Source of the DNA: Eledone cirrhosa
Taxonomy: Eukaryota
NCBI GenBank assembly: GCA_964016885.1
Contig: OZ024745.1
Coordinates: forward strand, 74,338,001 to 74,402,000
Direction: 5' to 3'
Length of the DNA: 64,000 nt
Both the position numbers and the translations under genes were made by a program. How positions within the stretch are numbered: the first letter of the stretch is position 1; every line of letters begins with the position of its first letter. The notes under the pieces are model-generated. The model ran no database searches. It was given only the letters and a program-made list of their open reading frames with translations, and was not told the DNA's origin. This document shows, piece after piece, positions 25,161-38,325 of the stretch.

Positions 25161-25445
25161 GTGTTGTATGATGAATAATATTTTGGGTAGATGCTTTTGT
25201 CAGAGACAAAATGATGAGAAAATGCTGTGGTTTCTCTTCATCATTACGTCAAGTTCCATTAATTCCATATATATATATTTCAGTGAGCGTGTGCAAATCA
25301 AAAATCTTAAATTTAGTAATCTTCAGTCTTCAATAAAATGGAATTAATGGAACTTGAAGTAATGATGAAGAGAAACCACAGCATTTTCTCGTCATTTTGT
25401 CTCTGACAAAAGCATCTACCCAAAATATTCATCATCATACAACAC
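25161..25445. repeat. Fold-back element with ~105-bp arms and ~70-bp loop
   Basis: 25161-25268 is the near reverse complement of 25338-25445. On the minus strand the loop reads CTGAAGA...GAAATATATA. Confidence 0.85.
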
Positions 25446-26220
25446 ACACCAATATGTAACTTAATCTGTCAATATTTCTATTCCAATCTATACTGTTTTA
25501 GTCATTGTAGCTTTTTTTTTTTTTATTTCTGTTGACATCAGTAAGAGAAGTGCTCATTAAAATGTTCATATCTTATGCTGAAAGTAACAAGTTTAATGTC
25601 AATGTTACCTAGATTATTTCATTTATTTCTACAGATTATTTTTCTTTCTCTTGTTACACCAAGTAATAATCTTAACTAAATAAAAGAAAAACAAATATTA
25701 ACAAAATTAATAATTTTAAAAAATGAATGGCATGGCTGGAAATAGAAACAAATCTAAAATCAATATTGTGTAATTTCACTAGATCAAATATTCAAATTAT
25801 TTCATGTGAATCACTTTATATCTATTTACTAAGCAAATATCTTGGGAATTTTCAAATCTCTTTTTTTTTTTTTTTTTTTTATTGATGTAAATATATCATT
25901 GGAAAAGTTAGGGCTTTATTTATTTATTCATTGTGTTGTCTTTTTGATGAGAGAGGAGTTGTAATTTATTATGGTGGGGGTAGATTCCTTCTGTGTTGGT
26001 GTAAAAGATCTAATAGAAATGAGCAAAGGCATCATTTGTTTCTACCACCATTTTTTTTGTCTGTCAATTTCTAGTTGAGTATATACACTGCTACATAAAT
26101 TTCTCCCTTGTTGAATGAAGTTCAATGGCTTTCTCCTGGGATGTAAAGTCAAACACATGTGTCAGAATACAGACTCATGACTGTTCATCTGAAAAGCTAA
26201 CATCATAACACCTCTCTCAT

Positions 26221-26427
26221 TTAACCCTTTAGCATTTAAACCAACCATATCCAGCCAGAATTCTCTCACCTCTTTCTGTTCAAACCGACTGTAACCAGCC
26301 ACTCATACTGATGTTAAGGTAGTGTTCTCAAAATAAATAGCATCAAAATCTCTTTATATTTGATATCATTACAATAGTAAATATACAATAGTAATTGTCA
26401 TCATCATCATAAATGCTAAAGGGTTAA
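26221..26427. mobile_element. TTAA MITE family 1
   Basis: TTAA-CCCTTTAGCATTTA...TAAATGCTAAAGGG-TTAA; perfect ends. Confidence 0.85.
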
Positions 26428-27061
26428 ACCCCTTAAAACTCTATAGATCCAAGAAAGTGTTGATTTTCTTTTATGAAGACTGACTTTTTATTGTAAAACT
26501 AACTACCTTTCCTTTCTCCTGGACAACATTTCTCATTTGTCTTATTGAACCCTTTTAATACCCAACTACTTGAAAACTGCTCCTTGTTCGACAATGTTTA
26601 TATTTAGTTTTCATCATAATTTTATGTAATAACCTTTGTTTAAATTATGTTCAAACACACAAGAAGAAAAATATTGAATTTCTGATTATTTTCAAAATGA
26701 TTAAAAAATAATAAGCAGTGTCTTTCAATATAAATATAGTAACAAATGGATTGAAAAGACTAATTAACAATTTGTCCTACAGTCAAGACAGCTTTTGCTC
26801 TGTTAGATTTTAAACAAATCTTTACATAGTTTATTAAACAGAAATGTTTCCAGTCATAGGCCGGTGAATGTACTTGACTTGCTGAAATAAGTCAAACATT
26901 CATCATATCAATAACCACTATAACAAAATGGAAAGGATGCAATGAATAGTAAGATCCTAGACATAATATGTCTCATCATCATGCTTGCATGGGTTACATG
27001 AGTTGTCACATTCTGTGATAATGTATCGTACTGCAGGATGCACTTCCTAATGTCAACCACC

Positions 27062-27370
27062 TTCCACAGTGCCCCCAGCTACAGCCAAGCACCTCTCTTT
27101 ACATATCTTGAAATCTGCATCTGACAGGCTACTGAGGAGATATGCAACGTCCAGTTTTACGACATGAGATGGCAACAGGTCACCTTACCCATCAAATATG
27201 GTGGCCTCAGTCTCTCGTCTCCTGTCTCACTGACTCTGCCTGCTTTCCTTTCATCAGTGACCTCTTGCCATCTCCTCATCAACAGGGTTCTCCACAACAC
27301 AACTGAGCCTACTGTGATCAAGGAAGACGAGGCTGCCTACACAACATGGAACCCATTATTTGGGACCTGA
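27062..27370 (+). pseudogene. Relic of a CRE-like (early-branching, RLE-type) non-LTR retrotransposon ORF
   Basis: Translates to EEICNVQF..MRWQQVTLPIKYGGLSL...LPAFLSS, matching the post-RT W.Q..LP...GGLG....PAFL.S motif; one upstream stop. Confidence 0.6.
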
Positions 27371-27884
27371 GAGTAGGCTTTGACTTTTAGATTTGCTGGA
27401 TCTCACTAACTTGGTCTTATTGGTTGATATTCACTAGATAATTGGATAATTCAGTTTATATATCTGATTTATAGAATTTCTCATTACTGAATCATATTTC
27501 TTCCTCTGCTTCACAAGCTTTACTTTCCCAAAGAATTATAATTTATGTGAGTATAATTCTCTTTCTCTCCCCCTCCTCCTCTCTCTCTCTCTCCCCCTCT
27601 CTTTCTCTCCCCCTCCCCCTCTCTCTCCATTAGCAGGCATCAGGTTTTGTTGGGGAGAGGCTATGTATAACATTAATACTGATACAATCTGAGTCTTTAA
27701 CTTCATATAACTTTTAATATTGACATTAAGATGCCTAATTCTTTTCTTTCTTTTTTTTTTTTGTCTTTTTCATATATATATCAACATTACAAAAGAGCTC
27801 AAAGGACTAAATGAAAAATTTTGATCAGTTCTTTGTCTGTCTCTCTATCTATATATGTATGTGCGTGTGTGTGTCAGATTCAAT

Positions 27885-27993
27885 TGAGGGTCACCACAAT
27901 TGGTTAGGTACTCAATACATTAGTAGAGTGTAAACATCAAGTTTAATGAAACAGTTCTAGTCCTGTAGAAGCCATTTCTATATTAAACTTGAT
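27885..27993 (-). mobile_element. PLE-type terminal remnant (family of 25015)
   Basis: Shares ACTCAATACAT..GTAGAGTG and GAAACAGT.CTAGTCCTGTAGAAGCC with 25015-25160. Short ATCAAGTTTAAT / ATTAAACTTGAT arms; ends at (TA)n. Confidence 0.6.
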
Positions 27994-28682
27994 ATATATA
28001 TATATATATATAATTTCTGTCTGTGTGTATCCCTCTCTATCTTTCCTCATTCTTTTATTCACTTGTTTCAATCTTTAACTCCACAGGCAATTTACAGTAT
28101 TACCATTAAAAAAAGATACAACACCACTTTGGTATTTTAAAAATTACCATTTAAAGAGCTACAAAAAAAAAGACCAAAGAAAGAAAATGTCTATAAGTGT
28201 ATTTGACTTTCTCCAGTAATCTATTGTTCAACCATACCACCACCATTACCACTTCCCTGCTCCTTGTCAATATGTTCATCATTCTTGTAGTCACAGATAA
28301 CTTCATTATATCAATTTTCTAGACAAAGCATCCAGACAACAGTGGGGTATGAATGGCTTTATTTTTTAGTGGTAAGTTAAGGTGAGGGAAGAGAACAAGA
28401 TTCTTTGCCTACTGAAATGGATTTAATCCAACTAAAATAGTTTTACAGGTGTAACATGTCAAAAATGCTTGTTCACACTTTTTTTTTAGTATTCTTTGTG
28501 GGTTTTTTTTTTTTAGTTGTTTTTTTGCTTACTTAAACTCTGATGATTCAATGTCTAGAGATGGCTACTTTGTAAACTACTGGCTCTCTTCCATATTTAG
28601 CTTTATTGTGTGTACATGATACCTTTCCTAGCAGCTATTGTTGAAAAGGTGAACACTACATAAATAATGTTTACCATATATT

Positions 28683-28872
28683 GGTGTATTGGCAGTATCG
28701 GTAGAGGGTCAGACGCCATGCTTTGCAGCAAAGAGTTACGGCCCTTTATGGTCTGAGTTCAAATCCCGCCGAGGTTAACTTTGCCTTTCATCCCTACGGG
28801 GTCGATAAAATAAAGTACCAGTAATACACTGGCATAATTGCTGGCCTTGTGCCAAAAGTAGAAACAATTATT
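28683..28872 (+). mobile_element. tRNA-derived SINE family A
   Basis: A/B boxes present; centre GCCTTTCATCCCTACGGGGTCGATAAAATAAAGTACCAG resembles the Meta/Sauria-type SINE domain. Confidence 0.85.
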
Positions 28873-28899
28873 TTTTTCTATTAACAAGTAATTATACAC

Positions 28900-29272
28900 G
28901 GTTCCTCCGAAGGGCCGTTGGAGTAATGTTACTCGATAGAGTGCGTAGCTTGGAGATCAGAGAGTCACTCCAGGTACAGCTGCTACTTCTCAGTATTGAG
29001 AGATCACAGCTCTGATACTATGGAAATATGGTTAGAATGTCTCGGGGAAAGAATCGCTGGACAGATTTTACAGTCAAAACCAACAAGCAGGAGACCCAGG
29101 TGTAGACCCCGCGCAAGATGATTGGATAACATCCATGAGTTTGGCTGGTCTCACTTGGGGATTAAGCCAGATCAGTTGGAGGCGGTTACTTCTGACAGGC
29201 CCCACTGGAAGGAGTGTTTGAAGACTCTACCCCACAACCCTCTCAGGAATAAGTGGGAGGAGGAGAAGAAGA
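28900..29272 (+). mobile_element. RTE-clade LINE family B, 3' end, (GAA/GAG)n tail
   Basis: Translates to FLRRAVGVMLLDRVRSLEIRESL...IERSQL*YYG..RRPR.RPR...DNIHE, an Expander/Rex3-like C-terminus. Confidence 0.8.
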
Positions 29273-30509
29273 GCAATTATACACCTCCATTCAATCAATT
29301 TTCACCTTTTTACATTCCCTACAAACCCGATCCTTCTTTTAGTTTATTTCATGCTCACCTTTTTTTCCTTCCTACCAATCAATTGTTCATTGTCAGTTAG
29401 TTAATGTTCATATCATTCATTTCCAATCAGCAATAACCCCTTTCTATTTTGTCAATGTTTATATTAAATGTGTAGTTATCTAGCAAACAAATTGATCTGA
29501 GACTGTATCATCATCATCATCACCATTACCATTTAACATCCATTTTCCATGCTTGCATAGGTTAGACAAGTTTTCAGGTATTGAGGCTAGACTGGTCAGA
29601 TGATGATGTCTTGTTTGTACACTCCGTTTTTGGCTTGAATTCTGTGGTCGGATGCCCTTCCTAATCTTTACAGCTTGTACTAGGAACATTTTATTGTGAC
29701 TTTTACACTACCATCTTACAGGGTGGACTAAGTGCTTTTTATCATAGCACCATCACTACTACTTTACAGAGTTGAAACTAAAGCACTTACATTATGGAAG
29801 AGTCCTTTTAGCCAGAAAAACAGTTCAATTCACATTATATTTATTATTTATTTTTGTGTAAAAATTTGCATTGCACTCCAGTGAAACTGTGTCAGTGCCA
29901 AGGTTGTAAACAGTGCAATGAAAATATTGACTCCAAGAAATAAATGATAAATGTAAAGTTTCACTCTTAGCAGTTTCTCTCTACCATCCATGTTTCATGA
30001 AGATATCAAGTTACTATTATACTACACTTTCTTAAATCCTTACTTCATTAATCTGCTACTATTCCATTAATACATTATAATCTATTAATCCATTACTAAG
30101 CTAATAACAGTAATCCCATAATAGACTACTTCACTGGCTACCACCTAATACACTACTTATTATTCTACAACATTTTTTTCCACTTGCTACTTCCCCTCAA
30201 GACCACTAACTTACTATCAATTCTATCAATTTACAGCACCAACTTACTATCAATTCTACCATTTACAGCACCATTTACTATCCTACTATTTCACTACATG
30301 CCTAATATTTACAAAAAATGTTCATACCTACTTATTTCCAATCACACTACCACCATAAATCACAAAAATCACACACACACAAATAGTGCCTCCCATATCA
30401 TCATAGCATCTATTATACTACACAGCCTCACACACATATGCATATACATTATTTTGCAAACAAAAATTATCAAATTTCAATGAGCTTGGTTCAAGGTTGC
30501 AGTCTGCTT

Positions 30510-30577
<68 letters not shown>

Positions 30578-31377
30578 CAGCCTATTGCAATATCCAAGAA
30601 CATTAATACAACATTTTAAAATCTCTCACCTTAACCAAAGAAATAGAAAGTACCATACACACCAAAATAGCTGCAATATTGATTGATACATAAGGCCCAA
30701 ATGATATACAGCAGTGCATAACCATTTTCTATGAAGCCAAAGAATAACAAAGCTATTGTGTTCCAATCAAGTCCACCTTTCTTTAGAAATATCATTTTGG
30801 AATGAAATCAACATAGCACGCAGCCTTGTCCAATAGTATTTCTGGGAAACAATGTGCTGGGAGAATTTCTTGTTTTCTCTATATAGACATGGAGAAAATA
30901 GTGAGAGTTGTCAGTGTATTTTGCTATTTGGTTTTTGTTTCACATACTTCTCTCTATTCACAGCCTTGTAAAACTGAGGTGGATATGACTGTGATTGTAT
31001 ACCATTCTACCAATTTACTAGCCTATTATTAGCACAATAATAAAATAAATGATATAGAAATAAAAAGCACAAGTCTTTATTCCCAACTGAAATGATTTGG
31101 CAGCTATTTTGTCTAGTTCACATTATGAAAGTATTGGTTTCAGTATAAAACCAGTGAGAAACTATTGGAATTAAATGTAGCTGTGTAAGAGAGCAAAAGT
31201 TCATTTGACCTTGATTGACACAGAATTGTATTATAGTCAGCAGCAAGAGTGAATGGTAGTACAGGGAATAAAATCTAACTCCAATACAATCCACATTCAA
31301 TATTATCAACCAAGGAGAGTACCTCTATATAATCACTCAACCTACAAGAGGGGCAATCAGATTACATTCTACTGTCT

Positions 31378-31566
31378 TACGAAGGTTGGATGAAAAGTTC
31401 AGAGACTAACAAGATATTCTGACCAAATGAGGTTTATTTTTCAATATAGTTCCTAGAAAGAAACAATGCAGTTATTAATAAGAGTTGAAATTAATGCATG
31501 CAAGATTTCACAGCTCTAGCATCAATGCTTCATAGTCAGCCTATGAAATCTTCAGCTGACCGTCGA
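31378..31566. mobile_element. mariner-type MITE nested in an old repeat
   Basis: TA-CGAAGGTTGGATGAAAAGTTCAGAGACT...AGCCTATGAAATCTTCAGCTGACCGTCG; degenerate TIRs. Confidence 0.55.
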
Positions 31567-32185
31567 AAAGTGGAAGGACACTCTGAACAATTTATTCAAT
31601 GATATACAAAAAGACTAAATGATCACAGCTGGGAAGCCTTTGCTCATAGGTCTGCTCGATCAAGGCTGACTTTGTGCTAAACAACAGCCTTCAATATTAT
31701 TATTTCATATACAAAAGCTGACAATGAAAAACTTAGATAGAAGAAACTAGAGTATGAAAGTAACAGTGGAGTTAATGTTACTTTAGAAATGTCTTCTGAT
31801 CCAGTTTTCTGAAGAAAACATATTCTGATCGAGAAAGGATCAATCATCTAAATGAAAAGAATGAAATCCGGTCATGTGATAGAATGGATGAAAACCAACT
31901 TCATGTCGAGGTTGTAATGTCAGCAGATAAGAATACACTGAAAACAGTTTTAAGATTACATGTAACTTACACACTACTATATTGAAACACCATTGTTTTA
32001 TTATTATCTGAAGCTAAAGCTAGCCTTTTCTTTCTATCTCTTAGCTTAGAGTTTCCTTGCTTATACTTTAAGATAAATAGCTATTACATATCATTGCGCT
32101 CAGATGTTTACTTGGTTTCAAGTACAGTTGGGACCATAATCAGAATTCATATATGCTGCAACAGCAGCAACAAAGTTCATATATT

Positions 32186-32365
32186 TATCATCATCATCAC
32201 CATTTAATGTCCATTTTTCCATGCTAGCATGGGTTAGACGAATTGTCCCATTGTGAGATAATCCAGAATAGGTGGCCATGTCTTGCTCATACAGAACTGA
32301 TTTTGGCTTGGTTTGTACAGCTGGATGCCCTTCCTAATGGCAACCACATTTACAGTGTGGACAGG
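32186..32365 (-). mobile_element. RTE-A-related 3' UTR fragment
   Basis: CCATGCTAGCATGGGTTAGACG...GCTGGATGCCCTTCCTAA. Similar fragments at ~29505-29770, ~45905-46090 and ~63770-63930. Confidence 0.75.
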
Positions 32366-33527
32366 TGGCTGGGGTGAGAGAGGTGCATAGAGATTGGAGA
32401 GGTAGATCTAGTGGGGTGCATGGATGAAGGGTAGGGCGTTAGGACATGGGTGGAATGTTAGGGCAGAGCAGGGGTTAAGGGAAAGCAGTGCATACTAGAT
32501 GTATGCATGCATATATATATAAATGTGCTTTTAATTATGGAGTTAATCCAAATTTGGTTCTATAAATATTTGGACACTTTTCAACTCTGTAGCAAAGGTG
32601 TTATATCCAATTTTATTTTTTCATGAAAATATTGGAGGCAGCTGAGCTTTCATTCTTCTCCTTGTTTTTGTTTTTTCTTTTTTATTTCCAAAATTGATTT
32701 TCTCTTATTGTTGTTGTTGTTGTTATTATATTTGTTTTGTCTTGGTTTTTGTTATTGTTGATTTGGCAATAAATATTTTACTTTTGTTGACTTTTCCTAA
32801 ATAAGCCAGTTTAAACTGAGGATTAGAGATATATTGTTATAATGGAAATAGCTGAAGGTAAGGTTTGTTGTAATATTCTATATTTATTAGGCACCTTCTC
32901 TCCCTAGTATAAAATAAATAAATCTACTATAATCTTGGATTGTTGTGGTGGGGTTGTTGAATGGGTCTTTTATTGCTCTTAAGCCCCATTCCCACATAAA
33001 TACAGTGTAAAACAACTGGGTTAGGGTATAGAGTAGATGTTAAATGGAAATAGTCCTAGGAAATGGAATATCCAAGGTAAAAATGTTTTTAAAAAATAAG
33101 CATTTCCTGAAAAGCATTCCCCTTCCTCTGTAACAGTTGCAGCTGGCCAAGTCATTAAGAAGCCAGCCAATAAATAGGCTAAAGGGTCAATGGCTCCTAT
33201 ATTTTTACCACTGTTGTACTGATTCTTTAACTGACACACTAAACTTTGTATCACCTAACATCCCCTTAGCCATTAGATCGGTACCATATGGAACTAACAC
33301 GTTACTGTTGTAAGCAGCAGGAGTACTGTAAAATTGCGAGGAATGTTCCGGGTAACTTGCTGTGACAAGACAAAACTAAACCATTCCAGTATCTTATCCA
33401 GAATGATTTTGTGAATAAAAAGTCTGCCATAATACCCAGCAAAGCACAAGTGAATATAAAACTTTTCTTCCTCTTTGTACGTTTTTGGAGTTGCTGTTTG
33501 CAAAAGATCAAACATTGACAAATTTCT

Positions 33528-33752
33528 TTAACCCTTTCATGACTGCATTTCTAATGAAATGCACTCTATTTTAATTAATTCATGAAGAATTTTGAGAATT
33601 TTACTAAAATTATTAATTATCTCATTACTAAGATAGTAACTTAATGTAAGGTTCTTATATAAAATTATATTGGAAGATTTTAATTTAAATGGGAAACATT
33701 TAAAATTGATGGTTTTATTTCATAGAACTAGAGTCAGTTTTGGTTGGGTTAA
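33528..33752. mobile_element. TTAA MITE family 2
   Basis: TTAA-CCC...GGG-TTAA; the interior matches the reverse complement of 49345-49585. Confidence 0.75.
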
Positions 33753-34296
33753 TTCAATTTATCAGCTTTTGAAGGTGGGCTGATGATATATATTCTCTTT
33801 AGAGAAATTTGGGAATTAAAAATGATAGTGCCAGAGTCATGATAAAATGCTCCCAGTACACAAATCGGTTGACAGTAGAAAGGGTATTCAGGCTAAAAAC
33901 AAAGCATATGAGCAAAATGTAGTCTCCTGACCAGTCAAACGAATATACATGACAGCCCTACTCCCTGAACTATTTCAGGAACAGATCTAATACACTGCAC
34001 TTATTACAAGTTTTTTTTTGTTTAGTCAGTTTCTTGAAAGAGCTTTGATAAGAGAACAACTTTGGGTTATACCTGCTGACATCATTCATGTACATGAAGA
34101 GTCAGCATTCTATTTATAGTATATTTTAAATGTCAACCAAAAAATTGAAGTGTCAATATAATCTTATATAGCATTCATTAACAGAGAAATTTATCTTGAT
34201 AAATGATTAGAAAATGAAAGCCTCATAGTGTGAGGTACTTTCACACTTGAAGCCAGTGCATTAACATTAATTACAAAACTAAGATTATTTACAAAA

Positions 34297-34484
34297 GAGT
34301 AGATTGGCAGTATCGGTAGAGGGTCGGACGCCATGCTTTCCATCATAGTTACGTCCCTTTACGATCTGAGTTCAAATCCCGCCGAGGTTGACTTTGCCTT
34401 TCATCCTTACGGGGTCGATAAAATAAAGTATCAGTAATGCACTGGGTAATTGCTGGCCTTGTGTCTAAAGTAGAAACAATTATT
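34297..34484 (+). mobile_element. SINE family A with 14-bp target-site duplication
   Basis: ATTATTTACAAAAG occurs on both sides. Confidence 0.88.
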
Positions 34485-34737
34485 TACAAAAGTGATATTT
34501 ATATTGAACAACTTTAATGCATGTTAATTAAAAGAAATTTTTTCAGTAGTTGATACATCTTTTGAATTTATACTATAGCTATATTCTTATGTATATAAGA
34601 TTAGCTGGTAAATGATGTAATGTTCAATAATATTTTTTTTATAATCGAAGCAGCTGTTCATGTGTACAGATGTACATTATTAATGATTTTGCATGTTAAA
34701 TTGTTTGTACTGTATATGTTTAACACTTTCTCAACTA

Positions 34738-35524
34738 TCTATATTATAAAATTGAGGATGTCTGTCTGTGTGTGAGTTTGAATCCCTAAAACTAGAGAAG
34801 CACCCAACGCTTTTCAAACTTTACACATGTAATACTTATGTTTCAGAGAGTGTTCTGAGCAAAGATAATTTCAAATTTTCAATGCCCTAGGGACCGCATT
34901 AGGCGATTTAGCGATCTCTTTCTATAATTCTTAGTCTTTCTCTTTTTAGATAGATACATACATATAACGTCGCGCTCTTATAATATCTGCCTGTATGTCT
35001 GGCTGTCTGCATTACGTCACTTCCCTGAGGATGTCTGTCTGTGACTTTGATCTCCTAGCGGCCGCATTAGGTGAAAAACTGCGTTTTTAAAGCTTTTTAG
35101 GGGTTTTTTGAGGCGTTATGTGAGACTAATTTCCTTGAAATTGTAACTATGTATTAGTCAGTCTCTTCTTCATACCGTGAGCAAAGAAAATCCAACTTTT
35201 TTATGGCCTAGGGCCCGCATTAGGTGAAAAACTTCATTTTTTCAGCTTTTTAGGGCTTTTTGGAGGCATTACGTCTAGCTGATTTTCCCGAAATTTCAAG
35301 GCATATTATGCACATAAAAAAAATTTATTTTCTTGATCCCCTAGGTGAAAACCTGCATTTTTCCTGTTTCAGCGAGGAAAATCTTAAAGATTATCCAGCC
35401 ATCAGAGTATTCGGTTTATTTTCTTTACATATTGTCCAGGCATACAGTTTTTCCACGATTAGGTCTGTTGGCGGCCCGCGTTCCAAAATACCTTATCTCG
35501 TGCAACGCCGGGTACCACTGCTAG
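34738..35524 (+). mobile_element. Non-autonomous Helitron inserted in a family-2 MITE (34720-35752)
   Basis: A|TCTATATTATAAAA..GTCTGTCTGTG start and CGTGCAACGCCGGGTACCACTG-CTAG|T end, with no TSD. Internal CCGCATTAGGTGAAAAACT subrepeats. The flanks rejoin into a MITE-2 copy. Confidence 0.85.
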
Positions 35525-36185
35525 TATATAATAAAATACACTATATTTCCATTAATTAATGAAGAATTTTGAAGGATTTACTAAAATGATTATTTCATTA
35601 CTAAGATAGTATTTGTAATACAATGTAACAAATTGTTCTTTAATGAAATTATGCTGGAAGATTTTAATTTAAATAGAAACCCTTTAAAATGGGTGGTTTT
35701 ATTTCATAGAACTTAGGGCAGATTTTGAATAGGTTGGTACTAAAATAGTTAAAGTGTATTTTCTTTTTCTGTTTGGTTGATTTCGCATCACATGCTATTT
35801 CACTTTTGTTTTTAGTTAACTATAGTATCAACTGTATGACTGCAATGTTTATATTTTCAAGTAATATGTGAAGAAATGTGGCTTAGTGATTAGAAAGCTA
35901 GATTCACAATCATGTGGTTGTAAGTTCGATTCCTGGACTAGTCAATGCATTATGTTCTTGAACAAGACACTTTAGTTCATGCTGCTGCTTCAGCCAGGAA
36001 TTGCGACCAGAAGATAGTATCAGGAAAGACCAATGGAAAAGTTATTTTCTTAGTCCAATCTGATGAGTTGCAACACATTTAGTAGGTGGATGAGGTTTGG
36101 TATCTTGTCGATCTTCACCACCCCAATGTCAATAAGTGCAACAGTATCTGAAATGGATTAATTGGAAAGTAGTTACTTCTCTGCA

Positions 36186-36454
36186 TTAACTCTTTTGATA
36201 CCAAACTGCCTGAAACCACTCTGGATTTATAATACAAACTAATCATTTTTAAATGTTTATCCTTACATTAAAAATTTCGATCATAATTTTATTTTAAAAA
36301 TTTTCTTAAGTAGTGTTCCTGGACTAGTCAACTTACTAATGTAAAACTTGGTTATTTTATTAAATTTTTCCAAATGTTTGGTCATTTTCAAAATTAATTG
36401 TAATACGTAGGCAATGTATTTACTTCATTAGAAATATGATAAGGAAAAGGTTAA
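36186..36454. mobile_element. Diverged TTAA MITE related to family 2
   Basis: TTAACTCTTTTGATACC...AGAAATATGATAAGGAAAAGGTTAA. Confidence 0.55.
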
Positions 36455-36843
36455 CGGCAGAGCTACTCTCCATTTACAATGTTTTAGAAAACATGATATG
36501 ACTGAGGTGGGACATGTAATCAATCAAAGCTATAAAGATGATTTTAAAACTGTTATTTGGAAGCAACTGATTATACTTAACAAAATATATATATAGCAAT
36601 AGAAAAGTGGGAAGAAAATAAATAACACAGGTTTTTAATTCAGTTTTCAAAGCCCTAGTCTTCATTAGGGTGGCTTCAGACTTCCTTCTTGGTTGTATTA
36701 CTCCTGTGTTACAACTGAGGTTTAGCTGCCTTTGATTTCATTTGCTACTTTCCAATTTGTAAAATGACCTAATTAACTAGTGGCTTTTATTATTTTAGTG
36801 GACTGGCCACACACACACACACACACAGACACAGATATTTATA

Positions 36844-36930
36844 TACTCTCAGGTCCCAAATAATGGGGGGGGGGGTCTGAAAAATTAATAAGCTGTGTAG
36901 GTGGAGGCGATTATTCGAGATCTGAGAGTA
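36844..36930. mobile_element. Tiny TA-flanked MITE (TACTCTC...GAGAGTA) with internal G-run
   Basis: TIRs CTCTCAGGTCCCAAATAAT / ATTATTCGAGATCTGAGAG. Relatives at 37783-37909 and 56401-56490. Confidence 0.7.
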
Positions 36931-38049
36931 ATTAATCTTTAGAATATTCTATGTATCTGTATCAGTTTTTTTTTTTGTTTTTTTTTTTAGCAATCGACAA
37001 TTTGGCTGATTTTGTAGATTTATATTTATAATCTTTCTTTTTACACCAAGTGACTTGCAACTAAGTGCTCCTTTGCAGTAAACTATTTACTGTCATTTGG
37101 AAGATAGTAATTAAGAACAATTGTACAGTTGAGTGTGTATATAAACTGTCTTTGTGACAATTAACACATCATAATCCATGCATGTAAGTTCACAAAATGT
37201 TGATATTACTAAATTGAAGTGTAGTTAATTTTTCAATATCTTTATGTTATTGATATATTGCTTTAAGGTGTGATTAAATCTAGTTGCTTTGATTTGTTAA
37301 ATTGCCAAAGCAATCAAGCATCAATGACAACAACTTTATATAATTAGGATTATTACTACTGTCTTTCTCTATGGCATATTAAATTCATGTTAACTTGATA
37401 CTCTTCATTCACTTTGGAATAGATTACATTTATAATTTTTGATTGATATTTTATATCAGTGCTGTAACATAGATACAAACTGCTACTAGAAGCTATCGCA
37501 CAAATGTAACATAAAAATTATATATGATAGGGCTATGGATCCTATCATTAAAGCACCCAAAAAACCTCCTACATGATGCAGCCTTGGAGAAGGGCTGATA
37601 AACCTATGCAAATGAGATTCATAACAACAAATTATATGCATTAAATAGTTTTTGTTATAACTAAAATCATCATTTTATAAGTAGAGCCACATATTTCCTT
37701 GTGTGTATGTATCATTATGGCATGGCCAAACAAAAATATTTTACCAAAGTCAGGTTCTCTTTCATCCTTTACAAAATAAAAATACTCTCCCCACTTATTA
37801 ATTTTTCAGACTACCTAGAAAAATTACCATTTTTCCAGCCCCCCCCCCCCCCCCTCCACACACACACACATTTATTCCAACCCCTCCTATTATTTGTGAC
37901 GTGAGAGTACCTGTCATACTTTTGGTGGATTTAATTAATGAAAACTCTCAAAGCCAGTGCTCCAGCATGGCTGCAGCCTAAAAAATTGAAATCAATAAAT
38001 GCTATTCTTTAGCAGTATAGTGATAATTACATCCTCACTATATGATTGT

Positions 38050-38325
38050 GAGGCACGTGGCCTAGTGGTAAGGGTGTTGGATCATAATGTTGTGGGATTG
38101 ATTCCTGGGTTGTGTGTTGTGTTCTTAAGCAAAACATTTCATTTCATGTTGCTCCAGTATATTCACTTGAAAATGAGTACCAGCAATAGCTGGGAGTTTA
38201 ACCCTGCAATGGCCTGGCAACCTGTCCAGGGGGACGTCTTGTACTCTTAGTTGCTTCATGCCATGAAACCTGGATAAGCACATCCTAATGAGCCTTCTGG
38301 TTTAAGACAGATTTTAGACTTTAGA
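38050..38325 (+). mobile_element. Full-length SINE family B with (TTTAGAC)n tail and 16-bp TSD
   Basis: ACTATATGATTGTGAG at 38037 and 38325; tRNA-like head. Confidence 0.88.

Noticed and set aside
28683-29272. SINE-A plus RTE-B as one composite element (adjacent at three loci)
   Set aside because: Relative orientation and junctions differ between loci, and each occurs alone elsewhere with its own TSD.
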